Assembly: GCA_963735035.1 (NCBI GenBank)
Contig: CAVTJJ010000006.1
Coordinates: forward strand, 320,001 to 384,000
Source: an uncultured candidate division Zixibacteria bacterium
Lineage (GTDB): Bacteria; Zixibacteria; MSB-5A5; GN15; FEB-12
DNA length: 64,000 bases
Reading direction: 5' to 3'
Shown piece by piece: positions 1 through 10,165 of the stretch (position 1 is its first letter; the number at the start of each line of letters is the position of its first letter). The notes beneath the pieces are model-generated. The model had not been told where the DNA came from. It did not search any database and worked only from the letters and a program-made list of their open reading frames with translations. A program made the position numbers and the translations under genes.

Positions 1-641
1 ATGAGGGTCTCGAACGTCCGGTGATTACAATGATTACACAAGTGCTGGTCGATCCAAACGACCGCGCCATCGCCGACCCCTCGAAGTTCATCGGTCAGTT
101 TTACACCGAAGACGAAGCTAAGTCATTTACCGAGACCCGTGGCTGGCAGATGAAGAAGGATTCGAATCGCGGTTGGCGGCGCGTGGTGCCGTCACCGACT
201 CCGCTTCGTACGATCGAAGCGGGCACGATCAGGCAACTGGTCGATTCCGGCTCGGTCGTTATTGCGGCCGGCGGAGGTGGTATCCCGATCTATATCGACT
301 ATCGCAAATGGTATGAAGGTATCGATGCCGTCATTGATAAGGACCTCGCGTCGGCGCTTCTCGCATCCGAAATCGGAGCGGGAATTCTCTCGATCCTGAC
401 TTCGGTCGATGCCGTGGCTGTGAATTTCGGCACGCCGCAGCAGAAGAATCTGAGCGAGGTCACTCTGGCCGAAATCAAGAAGTTGCACGCCGAGGGACAA
501 TTTCCGCCGGGGTCGATGGGCCCCAAGATTCTGGCTGCAATCAAGTTTCTCGAAAGCGGCGGTGAAGTCGTAACGATTACGTCCTTTCAGAATGCCGCCA
601 AATCACTTAAGGGAGAAGCGGGTACTCGCATAGTGCGCTAA
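1..641 (+). CDS. arcC: Carbamate kinase (5'-truncated by window edge)
   Basis: Motifs KFIGQFY, GWRRVVPSP, AAGGGGIP, DAVIDKD and GSMGPK; frame is open to position 1. Confidence 0.93.
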   Translation, partial: EGLERPVITMITQVLVDPNDRAIADPSKFIGQFYTEDEAKSFTETRGWQMKKDSNRGWRRVVPSPTPLRTIEAGTIRQLVDSGSVVIAAGGGGIPIYIDYRKWYEGIDAVIDKDLASALLASEIGAGILSILTSVDAVAVNFGTPQQKNLSEVTLAEIKKLHAEGQFPPGSMGPKILAAIKFLESGGEVVTITSFQNAAKSLKGEAGTRIVR

Positions 642-646
642 GTATC

Positions 647-2038
647 ATGTGCAGACTCTCCCCACAAATGGTTGCTGAAGTGATATCACACGGTCGTATA
701 TACGAAGTTGGCGGGGCGGTGCGAGATCGCTTTCTGCATCCGGATATAGAAGTAAAGGACCGCGACTACCTGGTCACCGGCATACCCTACGACGAACTGA
801 CCGCGATTCTCCGGCGGCACGGGCGGGTTGATCTGGTGGGCAAGAGCTTTGGCGTCATAAAATTCACGCAGTTCGTGGGCGACAAATCCCACACCTTTGA
901 TATTACGTTGCCCCGTCGCGAGCACTCTACCGGTGTCGGCCACAAGGACTTCGAAGTCAATTTCGATCCCGCGCTGCCGGTCGAAGAAGACCTCACCCGG
1001 CGCGACTTTACGATCAACGCCATGGCGATTGAGCTAAGCGGCGACCGCCTGGTTGACCCGCTCAATGGAATGGCCGACCTGAAGAAGCGCCTTCTGCGCA
1101 TGACCACGCCGGATTCATTCAAAGAAGACCCCCTGCGAATGCTACGTGCGGTACAGTTTGCAGCTCGATTTGATCTCGACATTGAACCGGTAACACGGGC
1201 AGCGTTGGAGTCATCGACAAATCTGATCTCCTCTATCTCGGCTGAGAGAATCGCGGAAGAGTTGACTAAGCTGCTTACTCTATCTGAGAAACCCTCGCAA
1301 GGTCTTCGCCTGATGCAGCAAACCGGTTTGATGCGACTGATTCTGCCCGAACTGGAAGTCGGGGTGGGGGTGGATCAGCCGGGCGGATATCATGCTTACG
1401 ATGTTTTTGAGCACTCGATGCGCTGTATCGACGCCTGCCCGCCCAGGCTGCATCTTCGCCTGGCTGCCCTGTTTCACGATATCGAGAAGCCGCGCTCCAA
1501 GCGATTGGTCGAAGACGGCGCTACGTTCTACGGGCACGAAGTCATGGGGGCGGATACGGCCCACGACGTGCTCACTCGCCTCCGGTTCTCTAACGATCTA
1601 ATCGCGCAGGTAGTAACTTTGGTCGAGCGGCACATGTTTACAACGGCCGTTACCGACAAGGGGCTGCGTCGATTGGTTCGCAAGGTCGGGGTCGAACTGA
1701 TTTTCGACCTGCTCGATCTGCGCCGGGCGGACGTAATCGCTCAGGGTATGGGCGGGAAGACTGACGATGTTGACGTATTCGAAGAACAAATCCGAGAAGA
1801 ATTATCACATAAACCCCCGTTCAGCTACTCTGATCTCGCTCTGAACGGTCACGATATCATGAAAATGTTCGGGATATCGCCCGGACCGAAAGTCGGTGAC
1901 GTGTTGGAGTATCTGATGGAACAGGTGCTGGATAATCCGTCCAGTAACACCAAGGAAGTACTTGAAAGTTTGGCCCGCGCGTATTATCAAAGGCGGACTG
2001 TGAATAGCGTAACAGGCAGCGAGGAAAACGTTCTATGA
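647..2038 (+). CDS. CCA tRNA nucleotidyltransferase / poly(A) polymerase family protein with HD domain
   Basis: VGGAVRD, DRD, RRDFTINAM and EDPLRMLRA motifs, plus HD motif (LFHDIEK). Confidence 0.9.
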   Translation: MCRLSPQMVAEVISHGRIYEVGGAVRDRFLHPDIEVKDRDYLVTGIPYDELTAILRRHGRVDLVGKSFGVIKFTQFVGDKSHTFDITLPRREHSTGVGHKDFEVNFDPALPVEEDLTRRDFTINAMAIELSGDRLVDPLNGMADLKKRLLRMTTPDSFKEDPLRMLRAVQFAARFDLDIEPVTRAALESSTNLISSISAERIAEELTKLLTLSEKPSQGLRLMQQTGLMRLILPELEVGVGVDQPGGYHAYDVFEHSMRCIDACPPRLHLRLAALFHDIEKPRSKRLVEDGATFYGHEVMGADTAHDVLTRLRFSNDLIAQVVTLVERHMFTTAVTDKGLRRLVRKVGVELIFDLLDLRRADVIAQGMGGKTDDVDVFEEQIREELSHKPPFSYSDLALNGHDIMKMFGISPGPKVGDVLEYLMEQVLDNPSSNTKEVLESLARAYYQRRTVNSVTGSEENVL

Positions 2039-3174
2039 AAGTACATGAATATCAGGCAAGACAGATGTTTGCGGACAGTGGCGTACCGGTTCCCCCCGGT
2101 GAAATCGCCACTACGAGCGCCGAAGCCGCAGATATAGCGATCCGCTATAACAAGCCGGTCATGGTGAAAGCCCAGGTTCTGGTAGGCGGGCGCGGTAAAG
2201 CCGGCGGCGTGAAATACGCCGAGAATGCCGAAGCTGCCCGCGTGCTGGCGACGAAGATTCTCGGGATGGACATCAAGGGCGAAACCGTCCGCAAAGTGCT
2301 CATCTCCGAAGCGGTCGATATCCTCTCTGAATCCTATGTCGGTATCGTGCTCGATCGCGCTGCTCAGAAACCGTTGATTATGGTTTCATCGGCGGGCGGA
2401 GTGGATATCGAGGAAGTAGCCGCCAAGACGCCGGAAAAGATTCACAAGTTGCACGTCGATCCGGTCTATGGCCTTCAGATGCACGAAGCCCGCGAATTGG
2501 CCTACAAGCTCTTCAAGGACGTCGGCCAGGTCCGCAAGGCGGCTGACATTCTGATGAAACTGTATCAGACCTTCTGGGAAGTGGATGCCTCGCTGGTAGA
2601 AATCAACCCGCTGGTCACGATTCCCGGCGGCGATGTAGTCGCAATTGATGCCAAAGTGAACATCGATGACAATGGTCTCTTCCGTCATCCTGAAATCGCG
2701 GCTCTGCGCGACTTGGATGCCGAGAACCCGGCCGAGATGCAAGCCCGCAACGCCGATCTGTCGTTCGTGAAGCTTGAAGGGAGCATCGGTTGTATTGTCA
2801 ACGGCGCCGGACTGGCCATGACCACGATGGACCTGGTGAAGCGTTACGGAGCCGAACCGGCCAACTTTCTCGATATCGGCGGCTCGTCGAATCCGCAAAA
2901 AGTCGTTACGGCCATGCAGATTATTCTCAGCGACCCGAACGTTCGCGCCATCCTTATCAACATCTTCGGCGGTATAACCCGTTGTGACGATGTCGCGACC
3001 GGTATTGTCGAGGCATTTCGCCAGTTGCAGCCGAAGGTTCCGGTGGTCGTAAGATTGACCGGTACCAACGAGAAGGAAGCCAAGCGCATCCTGGCGTCGG
3101 TGAAATTACCGTCGGCGGATACCCTTGACAGCGTAGTAAAGAAGGCGATTGAACTGGCTGGACAGGCCGCGTAA
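2035..3174 (+). CDS. sucC: Succinyl-CoA synthetase beta subunit
   Basis: MKVHEYQA, KAQVLVGGRGKAGG, NGAGLAM, NFLDIGG and INIFGGITRCD. Confidence 0.97.
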   Translation: MKVHEYQARQMFADSGVPVPPGEIATTSAEAADIAIRYNKPVMVKAQVLVGGRGKAGGVKYAENAEAARVLATKILGMDIKGETVRKVLISEAVDILSESYVGIVLDRAAQKPLIMVSSAGGVDIEEVAAKTPEKIHKLHVDPVYGLQMHEARELAYKLFKDVGQVRKAADILMKLYQTFWEVDASLVEINPLVTIPGGDVVAIDAKVNIDDNGLFRHPEIAALRDLDAENPAEMQARNADLSFVKLEGSIGCIVNGAGLAMTTMDLVKRYGAEPANFLDIGGSSNPQKVVTAMQIILSDPNVRAILINIFGGITRCDDVATGIVEAFRQLQPKVPVVVRLTGTNEKEAKRILASVKLPSADTLDSVVKKAIELAGQAA

Positions 3175-3201
3175 GAACCCGGCTGAGAGGAACGAAATAA
3201 A

Positions 3202-4191
3202 ATGGCAATATTCATAGACAAGAATTCGACTGTAATCGTGCAGGGCATCACGGGCCGCGACGGTTCGTTTCATGCCGAGCAGATGAAGAAATACGGAACG
3301 CGCGTGGTCGGTGGCGTTACCCCCGGCAAAGGCGGTTCCAAGATTAACGGCATCCCCGTATTCAACACCATGAAGGAAGCGGTAGAGAAGACCAAAGCCA
3401 ACACGTCGGTCATTTATGTTCCGCCGTCGTTTGCGGTTGATGCGATTTACGAAGCGGTTTCGGCCGGTATCAAGTTGGTCGTCTGTGTGACCGAAGGTCT
3501 CCCGGCCAACGACATGATGAAAGTCGTGCCGTATGTGAAGAAACATGGCGCCCGCCTGATCGGACCGAACTGCCCTGGCTTGATTTCTCCCGGGATGTCC
3601 AAAGTTGGCATTTTGCCGGGTACGATTGTCAAGCAGGGCAATATCGGTGTCGTGTCGCGCTCTGGCACGCTCACCTATGAAGCGATCTGGGCCCTAACTC
3701 AGGCTGGGATGGGCCAGACGAGCTGTGTGGGTATCGGTGGCGACCAGGTGATCGGCACCAATTTTATCGACTGTCTCCAGGCGTTTCAGGCTGATGCCAG
3801 CACGAAGGGAATCGTTATGATCGGTGAGATCGGCGGTTCAGACGAGGAAGAGGCGGCCAGGTATATTAAGAAGCACGTCACCAAGCCGGTCGTGGCTTTT
3901 ATCGCAGGCCAGACCGCCCCTCCCGGCAAGCGGATGGGCCATGCGGGTGCGATTGTCTCCGGCGGCTCAGGCACGGCCGAGGGTAAGATCAAGGCTTTGA
4001 ATGCAGCGGGCGTCCCGGTAGCGGGATCACCGACTGAACTTCCGGGACTCATGCTGCAAGCCTTCAAGAAGGGTAAAGCAAAGCCAGCCACCGGAACCAA
4101 GAAGACCGCCAAGCCGGCTGCCAAGAGCGCCAAGAAGCCCTCGGGCAAGAAGGCGGCCAAGCCAACTAAGAAGACTGCAAGAAAGAAGTAA
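3202..4191 (+). CDS. sucD: Succinyl-CoA synthetase alpha subunit with Lys/Ala/Pro-rich C-terminal tail
   Basis: [20 protein letters not shown] and RMGHAGAI (phospho-His). Confidence 0.97.
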   Translation: MAIFIDKNSTVIVQGITGRDGSFHAEQMKKYGTRVVGGVTPGKGGSKINGIPVFNTMKEAVEKTKANTSVIYVPPSFAVDAIYEAVSAGIKLVVCVTEGLPANDMMKVVPYVKKHGARLIGPNCPGLISPGMSKVGILPGTIVKQGNIGVVSRSGTLTYEAIWALTQAGMGQTSCVGIGGDQVIGTNFIDCLQAFQADASTKGIVMIGEIGGSDEEEAARYIKKHVTKPVVAFIAGQTAPPGKRMGHAGAIVSGGSGTAEGKIKALNAAGVPVAGSPTELPGLMLQAFKKGKAKPATGTKKTAKPAAKSAKKPSGKKAAKPTKKTARKK

Positions 4192-4246
4192 CTCTGTTTG
4201 ATAAGCATTTGCTGCGTTGAAGAAGCACACGGTGCGAGGAGATGAA

Positions 4247-4510
4247 ATGAGTACGTCAGACGCCACCAATGAGGCCAAAGAGCGGCCAGGTCCACAGTCC
4301 AAGTATGACTACAAGAACGGACCTCCGCCTGTGACCATCAATATGAAGTGGTGCAAGGCCTGCAATATATGCATCGCCCTTTGTCCCAAGGATGTTTTCG
4401 AACCCAATCGCGACGGTAAGCCGATCATAGCACGAGCCGAGAATTGTACCCAGTGTACGATCTGCTGGGTGCACTGCCCTGACCTGGCCATTACCAGCAA
4501 CTACAAGTAG
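4247..4510 (+). CDS. korD: 2x[4Fe-4S] ferredoxin, delta subunit of 2-oxoacid:ferredoxin oxidoreductase
   Basis: Two CxxCxxCxxxCP motifs; RBS GAGGAG before ATG 4247; directly upstream of the alpha subunit. Confidence 0.85.
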   Translation: MSTSDATNEAKERPGPQSKYDYKNGPPPVTINMKWCKACNICIALCPKDVFEPNRDGKPIIARAENCTQCTICWVHCPDLAITSNYK

Positions 4511-4522
4511 GAAGGCAGGTCC

Positions 4523-5659
4523 ATGGCCAAGAAAGAACGTGTTATAGTTATGGGCAACCAGGCCGTCGTCCTGGGCGCCATATACGCCGGCATGCGTTTC
4601 TATGCCGGTTATCCCATTACGCCGTCGACCGAGGTAGCCGAAGGGTGCGCCCGCGAGCTGCCCAAAATCGGTGGACGGTTCATTCAGATGGAAGACGAAA
4701 TCGGTTCCATTGCCGCCGTGGTCGGCGCGTCGGTGTCCGGCTTCAAGGCGATGACCGCCACTTCGGGTCCCGGCTACTCGCTTATGGTCGAGAATATCGG
4801 CTATGCGTATATGACCGAGACTCCGCTGGTGGTAGTCAACGTGCAGCGCGGCGGTCCTTCGACCGGTCTCCCGACCAAAGTCAGTCAGTCCGATACCATG
4901 CAGGCCCAGTGGGGTCCGCACGGCGACTATACGGCGATCGCAGTAGCCCCGTCGACCATCTACGAGACTTTCACCGAGACGGTAAGGGCCTTCAATCTGG
5001 CGGAGCGTTTTCGCACCCCGGTGACGATCCTTCTGGACGAAGTCATCGCGCACTCGCGCCAGGTGATTACGCTTCCGGAGCCGGGCGAACTGGAAGTTTT
5101 CAATCGTGTCAAGCCGACCTGCGCGCCGGAGGATTTCGAAGCGTTCGCCATGACCGAGAACCTGGTTTCTCCGATGCCGGCCTACGGCGACGGTTATCGC
5201 TACGTCTGCACCGGTCTGACGCACGACACCCACGGGTTTACCACCAACCGGGCGGATGAAATCCAGCCCAAGTTGTACAAGCTTCGTCATAAGATTGTCA
5301 ACTACCGCGATGAGACGGTCAAGCTCCGCGATGAATACATGGATGACGCCGAGATTGCGTTCATATCCTACGGTTCTGTGGCGCGGGCCGCTCTGCAAGC
5401 GACGGATATCGCCCGCAAGGTAGGAGCGAAGGTCGGGGCCGTGCAGCTCTTCACGATCTGGCCGTTCCCTGATGAGCAGATTCGCCAGCTCTGTGGCCGC
5501 TGCCGCAAGGTGATCGTGGGCGAATTGAACATGGGGCAGATCGTAAATGAAGTTCGTCGGGTGCTGCCCCGCGATATCGAAGTACACAGCCTGCTGCGCT
5601 ACGATGGTGAAATTCTGACGCCAATGCAGTTGGTTGAGAAACTGGAGGAAGTGATCTGA
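4523..5659 (+). CDS. korA: 2-oxoacid (probably 2-oxoglutarate):ferredoxin oxidoreductase alpha subunit
   Basis: AGYPITPSTE, QMEDEI, TATSGPG and QRGGPSTGLPT. Confidence 0.92.
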   Translation: MAKKERVIVMGNQAVVLGAIYAGMRFYAGYPITPSTEVAEGCARELPKIGGRFIQMEDEIGSIAAVVGASVSGFKAMTATSGPGYSLMVENIGYAYMTETPLVVVNVQRGGPSTGLPTKVSQSDTMQAQWGPHGDYTAIAVAPSTIYETFTETVRAFNLAERFRTPVTILLDEVIAHSRQVITLPEPGELEVFNRVKPTCAPEDFEAFAMTENLVSPMPAYGDGYRYVCTGLTHDTHGFTTNRADEIQPKLYKLRHKIVNYRDETVKLRDEYMDDAEIAFISYGSVARAALQATDIARKVGAKVGAVQLFTIWPFPDEQIRQLCGRCRKVIVGELNMGQIVNEVRRVLPRDIEVHSLLRYDGEILTPMQLVEKLEEVI

Positions 5660-6513
5660 TGAGCACCGTTACCAAAGATCAGGAAAAGCAACGCTCGGAT
5701 GTCATGCTGAAGTACCTCCGGCCCCGCAAGTCGATGCCTACGGTCTGGTGTGCCGGCTGCGGCAATGGAATTGTCATGTCGGCCATTATCAGGGCGGTGG
5801 ACAATCTGGGTTTGTCGAAGGACAATGTCGTGATGGTATCCGGTATCGGCTGCTCCAGCCGTATGCCGATCTATCTCGACTTCAACGCCTTGCACACCAC
5901 TCACGGCCGCGCACTCGGGTTCGCGACCGGCGTTAAGTTCGCCCGTCCCGACTTGAAAGTGATCGTGATCACGGGCGACGGCGATGCCCTGGCTATCGGC
6001 GGGAATCATTTCATTCACGCCTGCCGCCGCAATATCGACATCACAACCGTCTTGATTAACAACAACATTTACGGCATGACCGGCGGCCAGGGATCGCCCA
6101 CGACTCCGGCGCATGCCTTTTCGACAACCACACCGTACGGTAACTCCGAAAAGCAGTTCGATCCCTGTGGCCTGGCCACGGCGGCTGGGGCCTCGTTTGT
6201 CGGACGCGGGACGGTTTACCATACGCCGCAGCTGGAGAAACTGATCATGCAGGCTATACAGCATCGCGGTTTCTCTCTGGTGGAAGCGATTTCCAACTGC
6301 CACACCTACTACGGGCGGCTTAACAAACAGGGCGACGCCGTCATGATGATCAATGACTTCAAGGATCGAGCTATACCACTCGCCCGGGCGCAGAAGATGA
6401 CGCCGGAAGAGCTCAAAGGGAAGCACGTTATCGGAGTGTTGCATGAGGACGACCGCACTGAATTCTGCGACGTGTATGATTCCATGATGACGCAGATGAA
6501 GGGAGGCAAGTAA
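5659..6513 (+). CDS. korB: 2-oxoacid:ferredoxin oxidoreductase beta subunit (TPP-binding)
   Basis: WCAGCGNG, SGIGCS, HGRA, GDGD...NN and YGMTGGQ. Confidence 0.93.
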   Translation: MSTVTKDQEKQRSDVMLKYLRPRKSMPTVWCAGCGNGIVMSAIIRAVDNLGLSKDNVVMVSGIGCSSRMPIYLDFNALHTTHGRALGFATGVKFARPDLKVIVITGDGDALAIGGNHFIHACRRNIDITTVLINNNIYGMTGGQGSPTTPAHAFSTTTPYGNSEKQFDPCGLATAAGASFVGRGTVYHTPQLEKLIMQAIQHRGFSLVEAISNCHTYYGRLNKQGDAVMMINDFKDRAIPLARAQKMTPEELKGKHVIGVLHEDDRTEFCDVYDSMMTQMKGGK

Positions 6514-6515
6514 CC

Positions 6516-7100
6516 ATGGCAGCCAAGATTCTTGATAAGGTTCAGATCCCTCAGGATCGTTTCGAAATGCGCCTCTCCGGTTCGGGCGGTCAGGGCATGA
6601 TTCTGGCATCGGTGATTTTCGCCGAAGCGATAGGCAAGTCGGACGAACGTAATGTCGTGCAGACTCAGTCGTACGGTCCGGAAGCCCGCGGTGGAGCGTC
6701 CAAATCGGACGTAGTGATTTCCCCGAACGAAATCTACTATCCGAAGGCGATGCAGCTTGACCTGCTTCTGTGCATGACGCAGGAGTCGATGGACAAGTAC
6801 TTCGGGGACCTGAAGCCGAACGGCATTCTGGTCGTAGATACGACGCTTGTCACCGAGATTCCGACTGAGAAGTACTACGGTCTGCCGTTCACGCGCCTGG
6901 CGCGCGAGGAAGCCGGCCATGTCATGGTGGCCAACGTCATCGCACTCGCGGCGATTGCCGAGCTGGCGAACCTGGTCTCGCGTGATGCTCTCACGAACGC
7001 CGTGCTCAGCCGGGCTCCGAAAGGCACGGAAGAGAAGAATCGTAAAGCGATTGAGATCGGCTTTACCGAAGCGGCCAAGCTGAAACGGGAGAAGGGTTGA
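6516..7100 (+). CDS. korC: 2-oxoacid:ferredoxin oxidoreductase gamma subunit
   Basis: GSGGQG and QSYGPEARGGAS. Confidence 0.92.
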   Translation: MAAKILDKVQIPQDRFEMRLSGSGGQGMILASVIFAEAIGKSDERNVVQTQSYGPEARGGASKSDVVISPNEIYYPKAMQLDLLLCMTQESMDKYFGDLKPNGILVVDTTLVTEIPTEKYYGLPFTRLAREEAGHVMVANVIALAAIAELANLVSRDALTNAVLSRAPKGTEEKNRKAIEIGFTEAAKLKREKG

Positions 7101-7104
7101 GTTC

Positions 7105-7500
7105 ATGAGTCGGACTTTGTTAATCGTCAAGCCGGATGCAACGCAGCGTCGACTCATCGGGCATGTGGTCAGTCGCCTGGAAAAGGCCGGCTTCCGCATT
7201 GTTGAAATGCGGATGCTGCAATTGACCGAGCAGAAGGCCCGCTCTTTCTACGCCGTGCATGAGGGGAAACCGTTTCTCAACGGCCTGGTGAAGTTTATGA
7301 CCTCCGGGCCGGTCGTTCCCATGGTGCTGGAGAAGGAGAATGCAGTCAATGATCTTCGCGCCCTGATCGGCGCGACCGATCCGAGCAAGGCAGCGTGCGG
7401 GACAATTCGTCAGGAGATTGCTCTCGATATCGAGATGAACTCGGTGCATGCGTCCGACTCGGATGAAAACGCTGTGAAGGAGATCAGCCACTTCTTTTGA
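7105..7500 (+). CDS. ndk: Nucleoside-diphosphate kinase
   Basis: RTLLIVKPDA, FYAVHEGKPF, GTIR and NSVHASDS. Confidence 0.97.
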   Translation: MSRTLLIVKPDATQRRLIGHVVSRLEKAGFRIVEMRMLQLTEQKARSFYAVHEGKPFLNGLVKFMTSGPVVPMVLEKENAVNDLRALIGATDPSKAACGTIRQEIALDIEMNSVHASDSDENAVKEISHFF

Positions 7501-7525
7501 TATTCGGTGACAGGATTCACCCGCC

Positions 7526-8761
7526 ATGAAGATTAGACTCCAATACGACCGCCGCGACCTCGACGTGGACATTCCCGACCGGGTCGATGTTGTGTCGTAT
7601 GGTCTGAACGGGGCGCCGAAGCAAGTCAGTTTGACTGACTTTGTCGACGCTTTCAATAATGCCGGCGGCGATCGGTGGTTAGCCGATGAACCGCCGCTGC
7701 TGATTGTGAACGATGGACATCGGCCCACACCCACGGTACGCGTTCTGGAATGGCTGAATTATTGCGACAAGACGCTTCTGGATCGGGCTCCGGTACTGAT
7801 AGCTTGCGGGACGCATACCGAGCCAACGTCAGAACAACTTCAGAGGATCTTCGGGCCCTTTCTTGGCCGAATAAGACCGCGGCTATCGTGGCACGATTGT
7901 AATGACCTCTCAAGCATGGTGTTGGTGGGAACGGATCGATTCGGTGGAGATATATATATCAATCGTCTGGCGGCCAAAGCCAGAAAGCTGATGATTATCA
8001 CTTCGGTCGAGCCGCACTATTTCGCCGGATTCACGGGTGGGCGCAAGTCTTTGTTCCCCGGCCTGACTGATCGTGCCACGATAGAGCGAAACCATAACCT
8101 GGCCAACTCTCTGGAATGCCAACCGCTCCGATTGTCAGGCAACCCGATGGCGGAGCAGCTTCTCGAATTGTTGCAGTTGATAAACACTGCCGGAGTTTTC
8201 GCTATTCAACTTGTGGTCGATGCGACCCAGCAAATCAGCGATGTCTTCTGCGGTTCTCTGGAAGAGACTTTCAAACAGGCCGTCGAGAAATCGAACCGCT
8301 TTTTCTGTAACGAGGTGGTCGAACCATTCAACCTGATTCTTGCCGAAGTGCGCCCGCCGCTCGATGGCACACTGTATCAGATTCAAAAGGCGCTGGAGAA
8401 TTGTCAGGCCGCCTGCGCCGACGGTGGTACCGTGGCGGTCGTTGCAGCGTGCAAAGATGGTATCGGCAAACGCGACTTCTATGACATGGCAGCGACCTGG
8501 GATCGAAAGAATAACCAGGCATCCGATGGTACTACTCGTTTGGGCTCACACAAGCTCTCGCGAGTCAATGCCATGACCCGACGCATCAACGTGCGGCTCT
8601 TTTCGGAGTTGCCGGATGATCAGCCGCGACGGGTCTTTTATGAACCGGTTCATGATTTGAACGCTCTGGTTGGGCAGTGCTTTCATGAAAACGATAGAAA
8701 CAGGCTGGCGGTTATCTACGACGCCGGCCATACAGTGCTTAAACTAGCAGGTGCGCTCTAA
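7526..8761 (+). CDS. LarA (nickel-pincer lactate racemase) family protein
   Basis: DGHRPTP, ACGTH, HDC, EPHYFAGFTGGRKSLFPG and YQIQKAL motifs typical of LarA/DUF2088. Confidence 0.8.
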   Translation: MKIRLQYDRRDLDVDIPDRVDVVSYGLNGAPKQVSLTDFVDAFNNAGGDRWLADEPPLLIVNDGHRPTPTVRVLEWLNYCDKTLLDRAPVLIACGTHTEPTSEQLQRIFGPFLGRIRPRLSWHDCNDLSSMVLVGTDRFGGDIYINRLAAKARKLMIITSVEPHYFAGFTGGRKSLFPGLTDRATIERNHNLANSLECQPLRLSGNPMAEQLLELLQLINTAGVFAIQLVVDATQQISDVFCGSLEETFKQAVEKSNRFFCNEVVEPFNLILAEVRPPLDGTLYQIQKALENCQAACADGGTVAVVAACKDGIGKRDFYDMAATWDRKNNQASDGTTRLGSHKLSRVNAMTRRINVRLFSELPDDQPRRVFYEPVHDLNALVGQCFHENDRNRLAVIYDAGHTVLKLAGAL

Positions 8762-8790
8762 TATGCGCACAGAATAAACCTGGAGGGTTT

Positions 8791-9720
8791 ATGAATAAGA
8801 AGATAGCGGTGATAGGTGCCGGGAACGTCGGAGCCTCTTGCGCTTTGTATCTTGCCGAAGCCAATTTCGCCGATGTCGTTCTGGTTGATGTTATCGAGGA
8901 CATGCCCAAGGGAAAAGGGCTTGATCTTACCCAGGCCGGACCGGTTCGCGGTTACAACTCGCAGGTCATCGGCTCGAATAATTTCGAAGACATGAAAGGG
9001 GCCGACATCGTCATCATGACCGCCGGTCTCGCTCGCAAACCGGGAATGACCCGCGAAGATTTGCTGACCAAGAACGCCGAGATCATCTCCGCCTGCGGCA
9101 AGCATATCAAGAAGTACTGCCCCAAGAGTACGGTTCTGGTCGTCTCCAATCCGCTCGATTTGATGACGTTCCACATGCAGAACGTCACTGGCTTCCCGAA
9201 GAACCGGGTGCTCGGCCAGGCGGGCGTGCTCGATTCGACCCGTTTCCGAACCTTCATCGCGATGGAACTCGGCGTCGCTATGACCGACATCCAGGCGATG
9301 GTGCTCGGAGGCCACGGCGACACTATGGTTCCGCTGCCGCGCTACACGACCGTCGCGGGAATTCCAATCGGCGAACTGATTGAGAAGAAACGTCTGGAAG
9401 AGATCTGCGCCCGCACGGCTGATGGCGGTGGCGAGATTGTCCGCTTGCTCAAGAGCGGGTCGGCTTACTATGCGCCAGCGGCCGCGTCGGTGAATATGTG
9501 CAAGGCGATCTTCAACGACGAAAAGCGGGTGCTGGCTGCGTCCGCCTGGCTCACCGGCCAGTACGGCATCAGCGATATCTACATCGGCGTCCCGGTTATT
9601 CTCGGCGCCGGCGGAGTCGAGAAAATCCTCGAACTGGAACTGAGCATGGGCGAATTGAAGTCGCTTCAGGGGTCGGCCGCGACTTACAAAGAGCACCTCA
9701 AAATCATGGGCTACAATTGA
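8791..9720 (+). CDS. mdh: Malate dehydrogenase (LDH-like type)
   Basis: GAGNVG, GLARKPGMTREDL, VSNPLD, LDSTRF, GGHGD and GSAYYAP. Confidence 0.96.
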   Translation: MNKKIAVIGAGNVGASCALYLAEANFADVVLVDVIEDMPKGKGLDLTQAGPVRGYNSQVIGSNNFEDMKGADIVIMTAGLARKPGMTREDLLTKNAEIISACGKHIKKYCPKSTVLVVSNPLDLMTFHMQNVTGFPKNRVLGQAGVLDSTRFRTFIAMELGVAMTDIQAMVLGGHGDTMVPLPRYTTVAGIPIGELIEKKRLEEICARTADGGGEIVRLLKSGSAYYAPAAASVNMCKAIFNDEKRVLAASAWLTGQYGISDIYIGVPVILGAGGVEKILELELSMGELKSLQGSAATYKEHLKIMGYN

Positions 9721-9731
9721 GCCACTGATTC

Positions 9732-10128
9732 TGTCATCCTCCGCGCCCCTTTTTGCAATCCTCCGCGAAGGCGGGGAACCAAGGGTGTGGATGCCCCGCC
9801 TGAAGCGGGGCAAGACAAATATCGAGATGCGAATTGTCGGAACCTCGCCACGGCGAGCAGGCACAGGAGTCCCGACCTACGATGAGCAAAACGTAGGGCA
9901 GAACCCTCGCCGCTTCGGTGAGTGGTTCTGCCAGTAGGTCAGGCCGACATAGAGCCGGAAACAAACGTGCCCGGCAGATGCCTGCCCTCGACTTGATCGG
10001 GGGTCCACATCTGCCGGATGTTGACAGCGACCGACATAGGTGCCCCGGCTGAACCGGGGCAAGACAGAGATTGAGATGTGGATTGTCGGGACCTCGCCAC
10101 GGCGAGCGGGCACGAGGGTCCCGACCTA
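9732..10128. repeat. Cluster of REP-like palindromes with a ~90-bp direct duplication (9790-9880 vs 10039-10128)
   Basis: tgcccc-hairpin-ggggcaagaca followed by gtcgg...cccgacctac occurs twice; GTAG-type gtagggcagaacc...ggttctgcc at 9893; gtgcccggcagatg...catctgccg at 9967. Confidence 0.85.
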
Positions 10129-10165
10129 CAAATAGAGAGCGAACATTTTTTCATAAGGAGCCACT

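Noticed and set aside
4256..7199. Long antisense ORFs (443, 336 and 296 aa), and similar ones opposite mdh, icd, lepB, exbB and miaB
   Set aside because: Shadow frames of GC3-biased housekeeping genes with no recognisable motifs.
9734..10154. Paired short ORFs starting MPARRGEVPTI (8758-9864, 9877-10113) and other ORFs over repeat clusters (13387-13880, 21953-22186, 27464-28147, 29703-30033, 48002-48360)
   Set aside because: They are translations of REP palindromes or the 90-bp duplication, with no RBS or protein-like composition.
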